NCBI GenBank assembly: GCA_963535465.1
Contig: CAUSWF010000007.1
Coordinates: forward strand, 1,692 to 65,691
Direction: 5' to 3'
DNA from: an uncultured Erysipelotrichaceae bacterium
Lineage (GTDB): Bacteria; Bacillota_I; Bacilli_A; RF39; UBA660
Length of the DNA stretch: 64,000 nucleotides
The notes under the pieces were generated by a model that was given only the letters and a program-made list of their open reading frames with translations, was not told the origin of the DNA and made no database searches. Of the stretch, positions 55,714 to 64,000 are shown piece by piece. Each line of letters opens with the position of its first letter. Position 1 is the stretch's first letter. Both the position numbers and the translations under genes were made by a program.

Positions 55714-58086
55714 TTAATCTACATCATTTCTAGATAATATCTTATGAGGAGTATTTCTCATAACATTAAATAAAGGTAATAATCCAACTACTAAGTTAAG
55801 TACATATACCACAATAACACTAATTATAAATATTTCCTTATTTATAATAAACTGCTTACCTATTAAACTAACACTAGAAATTTGTTTCAAGAAAGAATTC
55901 ATTATAATAAGTCCTGGAACAGATGCCACTGTAGTAATAACTAATATTTCTCCCATAAACATCTTATAAATATCAATCTTTTTAATACCAATAGCTCTAA
56001 GTATACCAACTTCTTTTATTCTACTCATAAATGATGATCTAATCATTAAGAATATTTCAACAAATGAAATTAATAAAAATACACCTGCTATTAATAAATT
56101 ATTATTAACACTCTTTTGTCTATTAGAAATAAACTTTAATCTATCCTGTTCATAAGTACTTTGTACTTCATAACCATTATTAATTAAATTATTAATAGAA
56201 TCTTCTTTTCCATATACATAAAACTTACTCCAATTAGAATATAATAAATTAGTAACAGTATTATCATTTATATATATAGAATCATTAGTATAAGGACTAA
56301 TATAATATCCAACTACTTTTAATTTATTATTATTTATCTTATTCTTTAAATAAGAATTTAACTTATAATTTTCCTTCTCACTTATATGTACTAAAGCCTC
56401 ATAATCACCTGGTAATCTTCCTTCTTTTAAAGTAAAATTATTATCTTTTATATTTCTATAATTAGAAGCAAAGTTTTCATATTCTTCACTATTAATAAGA
56501 TAACTAAAATCTTTTTTATTTATATAAAAACTCTTAACACCACAATCAACTATACCACTAACTCTTAATCTTAATTTACCTCTAACTAAGTATTTACCAA
56601 CTAAATCTTTATAACTTAATATTCCTATACTTTTAGGACTATTAAATTTATCAATATTATTTTCTATTACTCTTCTATCTACTAATACTTCATTATCTCC
56701 AGGCATCACACCATATATTAAATCACTCTTATCAATAACATCAGTAAAAGCAACTGGAGCAGATACATCTACACCTCTATCTTGAAACTGATATATAGTA
56801 TTAGTCTCTATTTGATAATTACCAGAAATACTAGGAATAATAGAACCATCTCCTAATAAATTCTTAACATTATTTATCTTTTCTATATTACCCTTAGGTA
56901 TATTTAAAGAATAATATTTCTTATTAACTTTCAAGAAATCAGAATCATCTATATGCATAACACCAGCTATATTAGAAATACTAAATAATATAAACATAGC
57001 ACTAATAACAAAGCCACCTAAAAGCATCTTCTTTATAAACTTATAATCAAGTACTATAGAAATACCCTTAGCTATCATACTTATAGGATTATAAATACTA
57101 GAATATTTAAGTTTCTTATCATTACTAAGTATACTTAAATCAAATTTATTCTTAATATAATCATCTTTAGTAATCTTCTTATAATGTTCATTAACTATCT
57201 CAATATTACTATTAGAATCAACTACTTCTACTTTCTTATCAGACTCAATATATATATTCCCGTTCTTAACTACAATAGTAAAATTAATATTATCTAAACT
57301 CTCATTATATATTTTACCATTAAACATATCTCCAGATACTTTTTCACATTTTTTAATATCTTTTAAATATATCTTATTATCAATTCTATAATCTAATTCA
57401 TCATTATGATTATTATCATAAATCGCTTCAACCTTACCATCTACAAGTTCTATAATCTTATCACTATAAAACATTGCTAAAGGCTTTTCATGAGTAACAA
57501 GTATTACTAACTTCTCTTGACTTATAGTCTTAATTATATTCATAACTTCAATAGTATTCTTACTATCCAAATTACCAGTAGGTTCATCCGCAATAATAAC
57601 ATCAGGATTCTTAACTATAGCTCTCGCAATACCAACTCTTTGTCTTTGTCCACCAGATAAAGCAGAAGCAGGTCTCTTACGATATCTATACATATCTATC
57701 TTTTCTAATACATAATTAACTCTTTTTTTAATCTCTTCTTTATCTTTAATACCTATCATTCTAAGAGATAAAGCTATATTATCAAAAACACTCATATTAT
57801 CAATTAAATTATAATTTTGAAATATATAACCAATTTTTAAAGTACGAATTTTATCTTTAAAATAACTAAAACGACTAAGTTTCTTACCATCTATATATAT
57901 AGAACCACTACTAATATTATCAAGACCACCTATCGCATTAAGTAAAGTAGTCTTACCAGAACCAGATTCACCAAGTAAACTAACAAGACCACTATTACCA
58001 AGCTCAAAAGAAGTATTATTAATGACATGATTTTCATTCTTTTTAAATCTATTAAAATATTTATTTACTTTAACTAATTTTATCAT
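55714..58086 (-). CDS. MacB-type fused ABC ATPase-FtsX permease
   Basis: [18 protein letters not shown] and [11 protein letters not shown] motifs. TM1, then a large extracytoplasmic domain, then three C-terminal FtsX TM helices. Confidence 0.85.
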   Translation of the reverse strand: MIKLVKVNKYFNRFKKNENHVINNTSFELGNSGLVSLLGESGSGKTTLLNAIGGLDNISSGSIYIDGKKLSRFSYFKDKIRTLKIGYIFQNYNLIDNMSVFDNIALSLRMIGIKDKEEIKKRVNYVLEKIDMYRYRKRPASALSGGQRQRVGIARAIVKNPDVIIADEPTGNLDSKNTIEVMNIIKTISQEKLVILVTHEKPLAMFYSDKIIELVDGKVEAIYDNNHNDELDYRIDNKIYLKDIKKCEKVSGDMFNGKIYNESLDNINFTIVVKNGNIYIESDKKVEVVDSNSNIEIVNEHYKKITKDDYIKNKFDLSILSNDKKLKYSSIYNPISMIAKGISIVLDYKFIKKMLLGGFVISAMFILFSISNIAGVMHIDDSDFLKVNKKYYSLNIPKGNIEKINNVKNLLGDGSIIPSISGNYQIETNTIYQFQDRGVDVSAPVAFTDVIDKSDLIYGVMPGDNEVLVDRRVIENNIDKFNSPKSIGILSYKDLVGKYLVRGKLRLRVSGIVDCGVKSFYINKKDFSYLINSEEYENFASNYRNIKDNNFTLKEGRLPGDYEALVHISEKENYKLNSYLKNKINNNKLKVVGYYISPYTNDSIYINDNTVTNLLYSNWSKFYVYGKEDSINNLINNGYEVQSTYEQDRLKFISNRQKSVNNNLLIAGVFLLISFVEIFLMIRSSFMSRIKEVGILRAIGIKKIDIYKMFMGEILVITTVASVPGLIIMNSFLKQISSVSLIGKQFIINKEIFIISVIVVYVLNLVVGLLPLFNVMRNTPHKILSRNDVD

Positions 58087-60302
58087 TAAATCTCCTCCCT
58101 ATAAGCTTCTAATGCAGAATACTTAAATACCTTTCTAGAATATCTTAACGTAATAAATATAGACATTAAAGCTAAAATAATATAAACATATATATAATCA
58201 CTAAATCTAAAGTATTTAACTGTATCAGCTATAAATTTTAATTTAATAAATCCCTTATTTGCCAAAGAACTAATAAATATAAAGATAATATAACTAATAT
58301 TTATATCAGTAAATAATTCCATAATAAGTAAATCTCTACATATCTTCTTAGTTCCACCAAGTATTCTAACAGTAGAATAATATACATTTCTTGATTTAAG
58401 TATCAAAGTAATAATGAAGTAACTTAATAAGAATAAAGTAACTAAACTAATCGCAAACATAATAACTCTTACAACCCTAACAATCGCATTAGCCTCTTCC
58501 ATAGGATTAATTCCATAATCTTTTACAGGATAAACTGTATATTTATGAGATAATTCTTTTACGACATCATCTATTTTAGCTACATTATTAACTATTACAC
58601 TAGTCTGATAACTTCCTTTATTAAACATCTTAGAATAAATTTCCCTAGATACAAATATAGTATTTATCTTATCTTCATATTGTTCTTTACTAAGACCAAG
58701 TATCTTATTTATATTTTCTCTATTAAATTTATTAACTACTTTTACCAATAAATTATCTTCAACATATAAACTCTTAGCATTTATATTAATATAACTATTA
58801 ATACAATCATTCTTCTTACAATATATATCCATGGCATCAGACGTAACAGCCTGATCCCCAACTAACTTGTCATTAATCTCTAAATTAATAAATAATCTAT
58901 TCACATCATATATATTATCATTTATAGTAAATTTTAATTTAAATAAAGTTCTATTATAAATCTCTCTAACTTTATTTATTATCGCATCACTACAATATAT
59001 TGCTGAATTATCGCCATATGTAAGTTGAATAACAGAATCTTTATTTTCTTCATCTAATAAATACCCAACAATTTTATATTGACCAATTAAATTACCATCT
59101 ATTTCTAAATTATAAAAAGCATCTAATTTAACTTCAGTACTACCTTTAGAAATACGAACTACTATCTCATTAAAAGCCGTAGGCATTCTACCAAAGTCAA
59201 CTCTCTTAATTTCACTTATATTTTTAATTTTACCATAGACATAACTATCTTTATTATCAAGTGCAAAAGCCTTATCTAATAAAAAGTCATCTTTCACAAC
59301 ATTTTTAACATTATTAATTTTTCTAATTTCATCAATATCACTATCAAATATTTCACTTCTATCCTTTTTAGTAATAATTAATCTCTTCTTATCAATACCA
59401 TCAGGAAATATATTACTTATATTATTATCTTTATTTGAATCATCATTACGTCTTAAACTTCCATAAGAAGAAAATACAATTAAAGTTAAGAATAAATAAA
59501 CTAACATAAGTAAGAAAAACTTAATAGGAATATTAAAAGTATTTCTAAATGATAAAATAATTTTATTTATTAATTTAATGTTTTTATATTCTCTAGGAGT
59601 TGCACTTATCTTATCAGTTTTCTTTATAACTTTATCAGATATTATATTACCATCACTCATAGTAATCTTTCTAGTACAAAAAGCCTCTACATCTTCATAA
59701 TTATGAGTAACAATTACTACTAATTTATCTCTAGATAATTCATATAATAATTTCATAATACTTTTCGCATTAGCTCTATCTAAATTACCAGTAGGCTCAT
59801 CCGCCACAATAATAGGAGTATCTTTAACTAAACTACGAGCTATCGCAACTCTTTGCTTTTGCCCACCACTAAGTTTAGATGTTTTAGTATTTTTAAATTT
59901 AGTTAAACCAACCTTTTCTATTACATCAAGTATTCTATCCTTTATTTCAAATTTATTTGCCCCATCAAGTAATAATACTAATTCAATATTCTGATATACC
60001 GTATAACTATTAATCAAATTAAAAGTCTGAAATATATTACCAATATATCTTCTTCTATATACCTCTAAATCCTCTTCACTATAGTGACTAGTCTCTTCAC
60101 CATTTATATACATCTCACCTTCTTGATATGAATCAAGACCAGATATAACATTAAGTAAAGTAGATTTACCAGAACCAGATTCTCCAGTAATTACTACAAA
60201 CTCACCCATATCTAAAGACAAATTAACTTTACTAAATCCACTACTAATAACACCATTATTACTATAAAATTTAGATACGTTACTAAGTTTAATAATACTC
60301 AT
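58086..60302 (-). CDS. MacB-type fused ABC ATPase-FtsX permease (paralogue)
   Basis: GESGSGKST, LSGGQKQRV and [11 protein letters not shown] motifs. Same architecture as the downstream gene and ATGA-coupled to it. Confidence 0.85.
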   Translation of the reverse strand: MSIIKLSNVSKFYSNNGVISSGFSKVNLSLDMGEFVVITGESGSGKSTLLNVISGLDSYQEGEMYINGEETSHYSEEDLEVYRRRYIGNIFQTFNLINSYTVYQNIELVLLLDGANKFEIKDRILDVIEKVGLTKFKNTKTSKLSGGQKQRVAIARSLVKDTPIIVADEPTGNLDRANAKSIMKLLYELSRDKLVVIVTHNYEDVEAFCTRKITMSDGNIISDKVIKKTDKISATPREYKNIKLINKIILSFRNTFNIPIKFFLLMLVYLFLTLIVFSSYGSLRRNDDSNKDNNISNIFPDGIDKKRLIITKKDRSEIFDSDIDEIRKINNVKNVVKDDFLLDKAFALDNKDSYVYGKIKNISEIKRVDFGRMPTAFNEIVVRISKGSTEVKLDAFYNLEIDGNLIGQYKIVGYLLDEENKDSVIQLTYGDNSAIYCSDAIINKVREIYNRTLFKLKFTINDNIYDVNRLFINLEINDKLVGDQAVTSDAMDIYCKKNDCINSYININAKSLYVEDNLLVKVVNKFNRENINKILGLSKEQYEDKINTIFVSREIYSKMFNKGSYQTSVIVNNVAKIDDVVKELSHKYTVYPVKDYGINPMEEANAIVRVVRVIMFAISLVTLFLLSYFIITLILKSRNVYYSTVRILGGTKKICRDLLIMELFTDINISYIIFIFISSLANKGFIKLKFIADTVKYFRFSDYIYVYIILALMSIFITLRYSRKVFKYSALEAYREEI

Positions 60303-60344
60303 TTCTTCACCTCAAAATAATTATAACAAAAAAGTAAAATTAAA

Positions 60345-60743
60345 TCATTTAATTTTACTCTTTAAATTCTGCTTATATAAAGTGTATATAAAAGATAATA
60401 TAAGAAGTATTCCATATAATAATAATTTACTATTATGCATAACAAAATATCTATATATAAAATAAACTCCAATCATTGGCCATAATGCTATATATAAATA
60501 TTTAAGTATCTTATCATTAATACTAACTATCTTACTAATATTACTATTATTAATATTCTTCATATTATTAATAGTAATAATTAACTCGAGTATCTTACCA
60601 CTAAATACAAATAAATTAATTATAGAAATAAATATCGCAAGCACTAATAAATTTCTATATATAACACCCATAACTATAACTACAATAAATAATATAAAAC
60701 TAATAACAACTCCAAGTATATTTTTAACTAATTCATCTCTCAT
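60345..60743 (-). CDS. small polytopic membrane protein
   Basis: Four predicted TM segments. Overlaps the stop of the upstream HAD gene. Confidence 0.5.
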   Translation of the reverse strand: MRDELVKNILGVVISFILFIVVIVMGVIYRNLLVLAIFISIINLFVFSGKILELIITINNMKNINNSNISKIVSINDKILKYLYIALWPMIGVYFIYRYFVMHNSKLLLYGILLILSFIYTLYKQNLKSKIK

Positions 60744-61462
60744 TAAAACTTCTCCCTCATTAAATCAACAATAGATTGATACATCTTATATTTCTTCTTA
60801 TATATATCTAAACTACTACTAAGACTAAAACAATTAGAGTAATCATAAACACCACTACTATCACTAACAACACTAATTATCTGATCATTTTTGATTCTTT
60901 TAATCTTCATTATTTTACTAACTCCACTACACTTACTAACAAAAGATGCAGTAATATCAATATGATTAAATCTTTCAAAGTAATTAACTTTAATATTACC
61001 AAGACTCTTAATAATATTTTTATTATTACCATAAATTTCTATTTTAAATATATCACTACCATAATAATCTAAAAAATTATCTATATTATCTATCTTTACA
61101 GGATAATTATATCCCATATCTTCTCCAATATAATATGAATTATTTATAGTATAAAAAACTACATTATAATTCTTAAACTTAGAATATATCTTTTTAACAT
61201 TAGCTAAACTAATCTTCTTAGAATATATTTCTTTATCATTAATTAAGTCATATACATATGCCCCATCATAAGCAACAACATAATCAGAAAATATATAACT
61301 TCTATTATAATCAAATATAGTAACAGGACTATGACCTGTCGCAATTATAAATATTGCTCCATTATTTCTAATTCTATCAACTTCAAGCATGACATCTACC
61401 GCAATCGCATCATCCTTACCAAGTAATGAATATGAAAAATCACATACTATTGCCTTATACAT
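60743..61462 (-). CDS. Cof-type HAD-IIB-like protein with degenerate motif I
   Basis: Cof-like layout (IIATGHS, C-terminal VSDSSG). Motif I reads CDFSYSLL instead of DxDGTL. Confidence 0.5.
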   Translation of the reverse strand: MYKAIVCDFSYSLLGKDDAIAVDVMLEVDRIRNNGAIFIIATGHSPVTIFDYNRSYIFSDYVVAYDGAYVYDLINDKEIYSKKISLANVKKIYSKFKNYNVVFYTINNSYYIGEDMGYNYPVKIDNIDNFLDYYGSDIFKIEIYGNNKNIIKSLGNIKVNYFERFNHIDITASFVSKCSGVSKIMKIKRIKNDQIISVVSDSSGVYDYSNCFSLSSSLDIYKKKYKMYQSIVDLMREKF

Positions 61463-61529
61463 ATAATCACCTAAATAGATTATAGCATAAAAGTAAGAGA
61501 ATAAACCCTTACTTTTATTATATATTTAT

Positions 61530-64000
61530 CTAATCACTTCTTACACTAATAGTAATATTTTTAATAGTATTATCATCTACTAATATTATTTTATCACTTC
61601 TCTTACCATTAATAAGAATGAAATCTTCATCACTTTTAACAATTTCTATCTTATATAAAGTATTATTATAATAATATTTTAATCTAATATTACTTATATT
61701 ATCAGGTAAACTAGGTCTAATAATTAACCTATCTAAACTAACTTTAAATCCTAACAAACCATCTATTATAGTAGAAAAATTTATAGAACTATTACATAAA
61801 TATCTATAAGCCCTATTAGAATAACCTAATCTAAATAACTCTTTTATATATAAATTAGATAAATAGATATTAACTCCACCATTATTTAAAGTATAAGGTA
61901 GTTCTCTAATCATATCACCAGGTATATTTAAACTATTTTGATATGGAATATCTATTGTTCTAATAGTGTTATTCTTAACTAGCTTAGACTCTATACTATT
62001 AACTATACTAAGTATCTTATCTCTATCTTTTAATACACTAAGTCCTATAACATTAACACTTAAATATATACTAGCCTCACTATTATCATATCTACCATAT
62101 ATATCATTACCTATCTTATACCTGTAAAAATATTTATCAAAACACTTATCAATTACACTACTATAACTATTATAAAATTTATTTAGTTTATTACTCTTAC
62201 TAATATTAATAAATTGACCAAGTAACTTATATAACTTTAAACCAAGTAATACACTCTCTCCATCTTTAATACTATTAAAAGAAGTATCATATCCATCTCC
62301 AGCATCTATAATAGGTAAATTATTAGGACCAATAGAATAAATACTATATAAAAATAATTTAACTATATGTTCATATACACTACCTACTCCATCATCATAT
62401 ATCTTAACTTCTCTAGTAATATCATAAGAACTAATAGCTTCACTCTTAACATATCTAACTTCTTCTTCTAATATACTACTACCTCTAATACTAATATAAT
62501 TTAAAATACCATCTAATAGCCATAAATTTAAACATAGATTACGACGTCTCTCACCAGTATTATTATAAGGATTATATTTATTTATTACTTCTCCACTTCT
62601 CATAACTAAACCAAGTAATTTAATATAATCACTCTTATTATCATAAAACATATCAGTATCAACCAAATACCTAATATTATTAGGATAACTATTATCTAAA
62701 TAATCAACATATTCTAAATATAAATTATTAATAGACTCATTATACATTTCACACTGTACTTCAATATTATCTAATTTAAATAAACTAAATATCTTATCAA
62801 TTAACTTACTACTTATCTTTTTATCATTCTTACTAATAGTAATAACTATATCTTTATAAGATTTACTATCTATATTATATTTACCAAAACCTCTTATATA
62901 TAGAGGAATATCTCTCAAATCATCATCAAAATTATTTATAAATACTAAATTATCTTCATAATAATTATTAGATATATTAATATCTTTACTTACATCAATA
63001 CTAATCTTTTTATTACTATTATTATAATATCTAATTAAGTATACAAAATACCCATCACCTACAGCCATCTTACTAGATATATTTAAACCATTAAAATAAG
63101 CTATACCTCTATCATATTTATAATCTTCATACTTAATTAAACTATTATTAATATTAACCCTAAAATTACCAATATTAATTCTATTAATACCTATAGTAAA
63201 ACTACCATCATTAGATATATTTGAACTAATAATTTTATCTTTTATAGTATAACTATAATCTACATTAAAATTATTATTACTAACACTAACTATATCTAAT
63301 TTCTTATTAACAATATACCTGCTACCTATACATATTAAATCTATCTCTATATCACTATACTTATCTATATCTACATAATATGTTTTATAAGAACTATTAT
63401 AATAACTACATTTACCAATAATAACTAAATCTAAATTAATAAGATTCTTTTTTAAATAATTAAGTAATATTACACCATCTTCTAAATATTTTTCATATAC
63501 GACAATATAATTATTACTATCTATCCCAATACCCTCTAAATAACTATTAGATAAACCGCATCTCTTTAAATACTCTAATTTATAACTATTATCATTACTA
63601 AGTATATAAGCTAATATACTACTAAGTACATCAATATCATATAAACTATCTCTATTATTAGAAAACTTAGAACTAGCCTTAACTATCTTTAACTCTTCTA
63701 AATAACCCTTATAATATTTTAAAATATCTAAAATACCACTATAAGTAGTAGAATATCCATTAATAGTATCAATAGTAATACTTTCTAAACTCTTAATAGA
63801 TAAATCAATACAAATAGACCTATCTTCTATATAACCTTTATATTTACCTAATATACTAAACATATAATAACTATTATAATAATCTATATTTTTAATAATT
63901 AAACTATTATTAACTAAACTACTACTATAATTATTAAATAATTTATCTATACTAAAACTAATCTTTATATCTTTATCTTTACCCTTATTAGTAATTTTAT
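61530..64000 (-). CDS. divergent GH94/glucoamylase-like (alpha/alpha)6 glycosyl hydrolase or phosphorylase-like protein, 5' partial
   Basis: IIDAGDGYDTSFNSIKDGESVLLGL resembles the GH94 GGDWNDGMN...GESVWLG block. The reading frame stays open from 63863 to the window edge. Confidence 0.35.
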   Translation of the reverse strand, partial: KITNKGKDKDIKISFSIDKLFNNYSSSLVNNSLIIKNIDYYNSYYMFSILGKYKGYIEDRSICIDLSIKSLESITIDTINGYSTTYSGILDILKYYKGYLEELKIVKASSKFSNNRDSLYDIDVLSSILAYILSNDNSYKLEYLKRCGLSNSYLEGIGIDSNNYIVVYEKYLEDGVILLNYLKKNLINLDLVIIGKCSYYNSSYKTYYVDIDKYSDIEIDLICIGSRYIVNKKLDIVSVSNNNFNVDYSYTIKDKIISSNISNDGSFTIGINRINIGNFRVNINNSLIKYEDYKYDRGIAYFNGLNISSKMAVGDGYFVYLIRYYNNSNKKISIDVSKDINISNNYYEDNLVFINNFDDDLRDIPLYIRGFGKYNIDSKSYKDIVITISKNDKKISSKLIDKIFSLFKLDNIEVQCEMYNESINNLYLEYVDYLDNSYPNNIRYLVDTDMFYDNKSDYIKLLGLVMRSGEVINKYNPYNNTGERRRNLCLNLWLLDGILNYISIRGSSILEEEVRYVKSEAISSYDITREVKIYDDGVGSVYEHIVKLFLYSIYSIGPNNLPIIDAGDGYDTSFNSIKDGESVLLGLKLYKLLGQFINISKSNKLNKFYNSYSSVIDKCFDKYFYRYKIGNDIYGRYDNSEASIYLSVNVIGLSVLKDRDKILSIVNSIESKLVKNNTIRTIDIPYQNSLNIPGDMIRELPYTLNNGGVNIYLSNLYIKELFRLGYSNRAYRYLCNSSINFSTIIDGLLGFKVSLDRLIIRPSLPDNISNIRLKYYYNNTLYKIEIVKSDEDFILINGKRSDKIILVDDNTIKNITISVRSD

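Overview
This is a very AT-rich, gene-dense chromosomal segment from a low-GC Bacillota/Mollicutes-like bacterium. It uses the standard code: TGA ends several well-supported ORFs and Trp is TGG. All of about 68 supportable protein genes and the single tRNA lie on the minus strand. The plus-strand ORFs in the track look like antisense artefacts. The backbone is housekeeping with Bacillus/Clostridium-like synteny: topA-rnhB-rbgA, lepB-rplS-trmD-rimM, pheST, frr-tsf-rpsB, rplT-rpmI-infC, glyQS-recO-era-dgkA-ybeY, yqeY-rpsU, aspS, ileS-divIVA-sepF and asnS. Three T-box leaders have readable specifier codons that match their aminoacyl-tRNA synthetase: UUC for pheS, GAC for aspS and AUC for ileS. 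An L20-leader-type attenuator sits ahead of infC, which most likely starts at ATT. Accessory material is inserted into this backbone. The best find is a bacteriocin locus. Its structural genes are missing from the ORF track because they lie in a 627-bp apparently empty gap (35752-36378). On the minus strand that gap encodes two double-glycine-leader peptides and a small hydrophobic ORF, next to a C39-peptidase ABC exporter. Other accessory items are a SWIM + RhuM gene pair with a RhuM remnant nearby, and a zinc-uptake operon with a histidine-triad protein. There is also a self-contained operon for a roughly 717-aa Cys-rich type IV pilin-like protein, and a HerA-like ATPase placed directly before sepF. 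Ribosomal proteins S2 and L20 both carry C-terminal Rho_N/HeH-like extensions. No CRISPR array, rRNA, transposase or integrase was seen.
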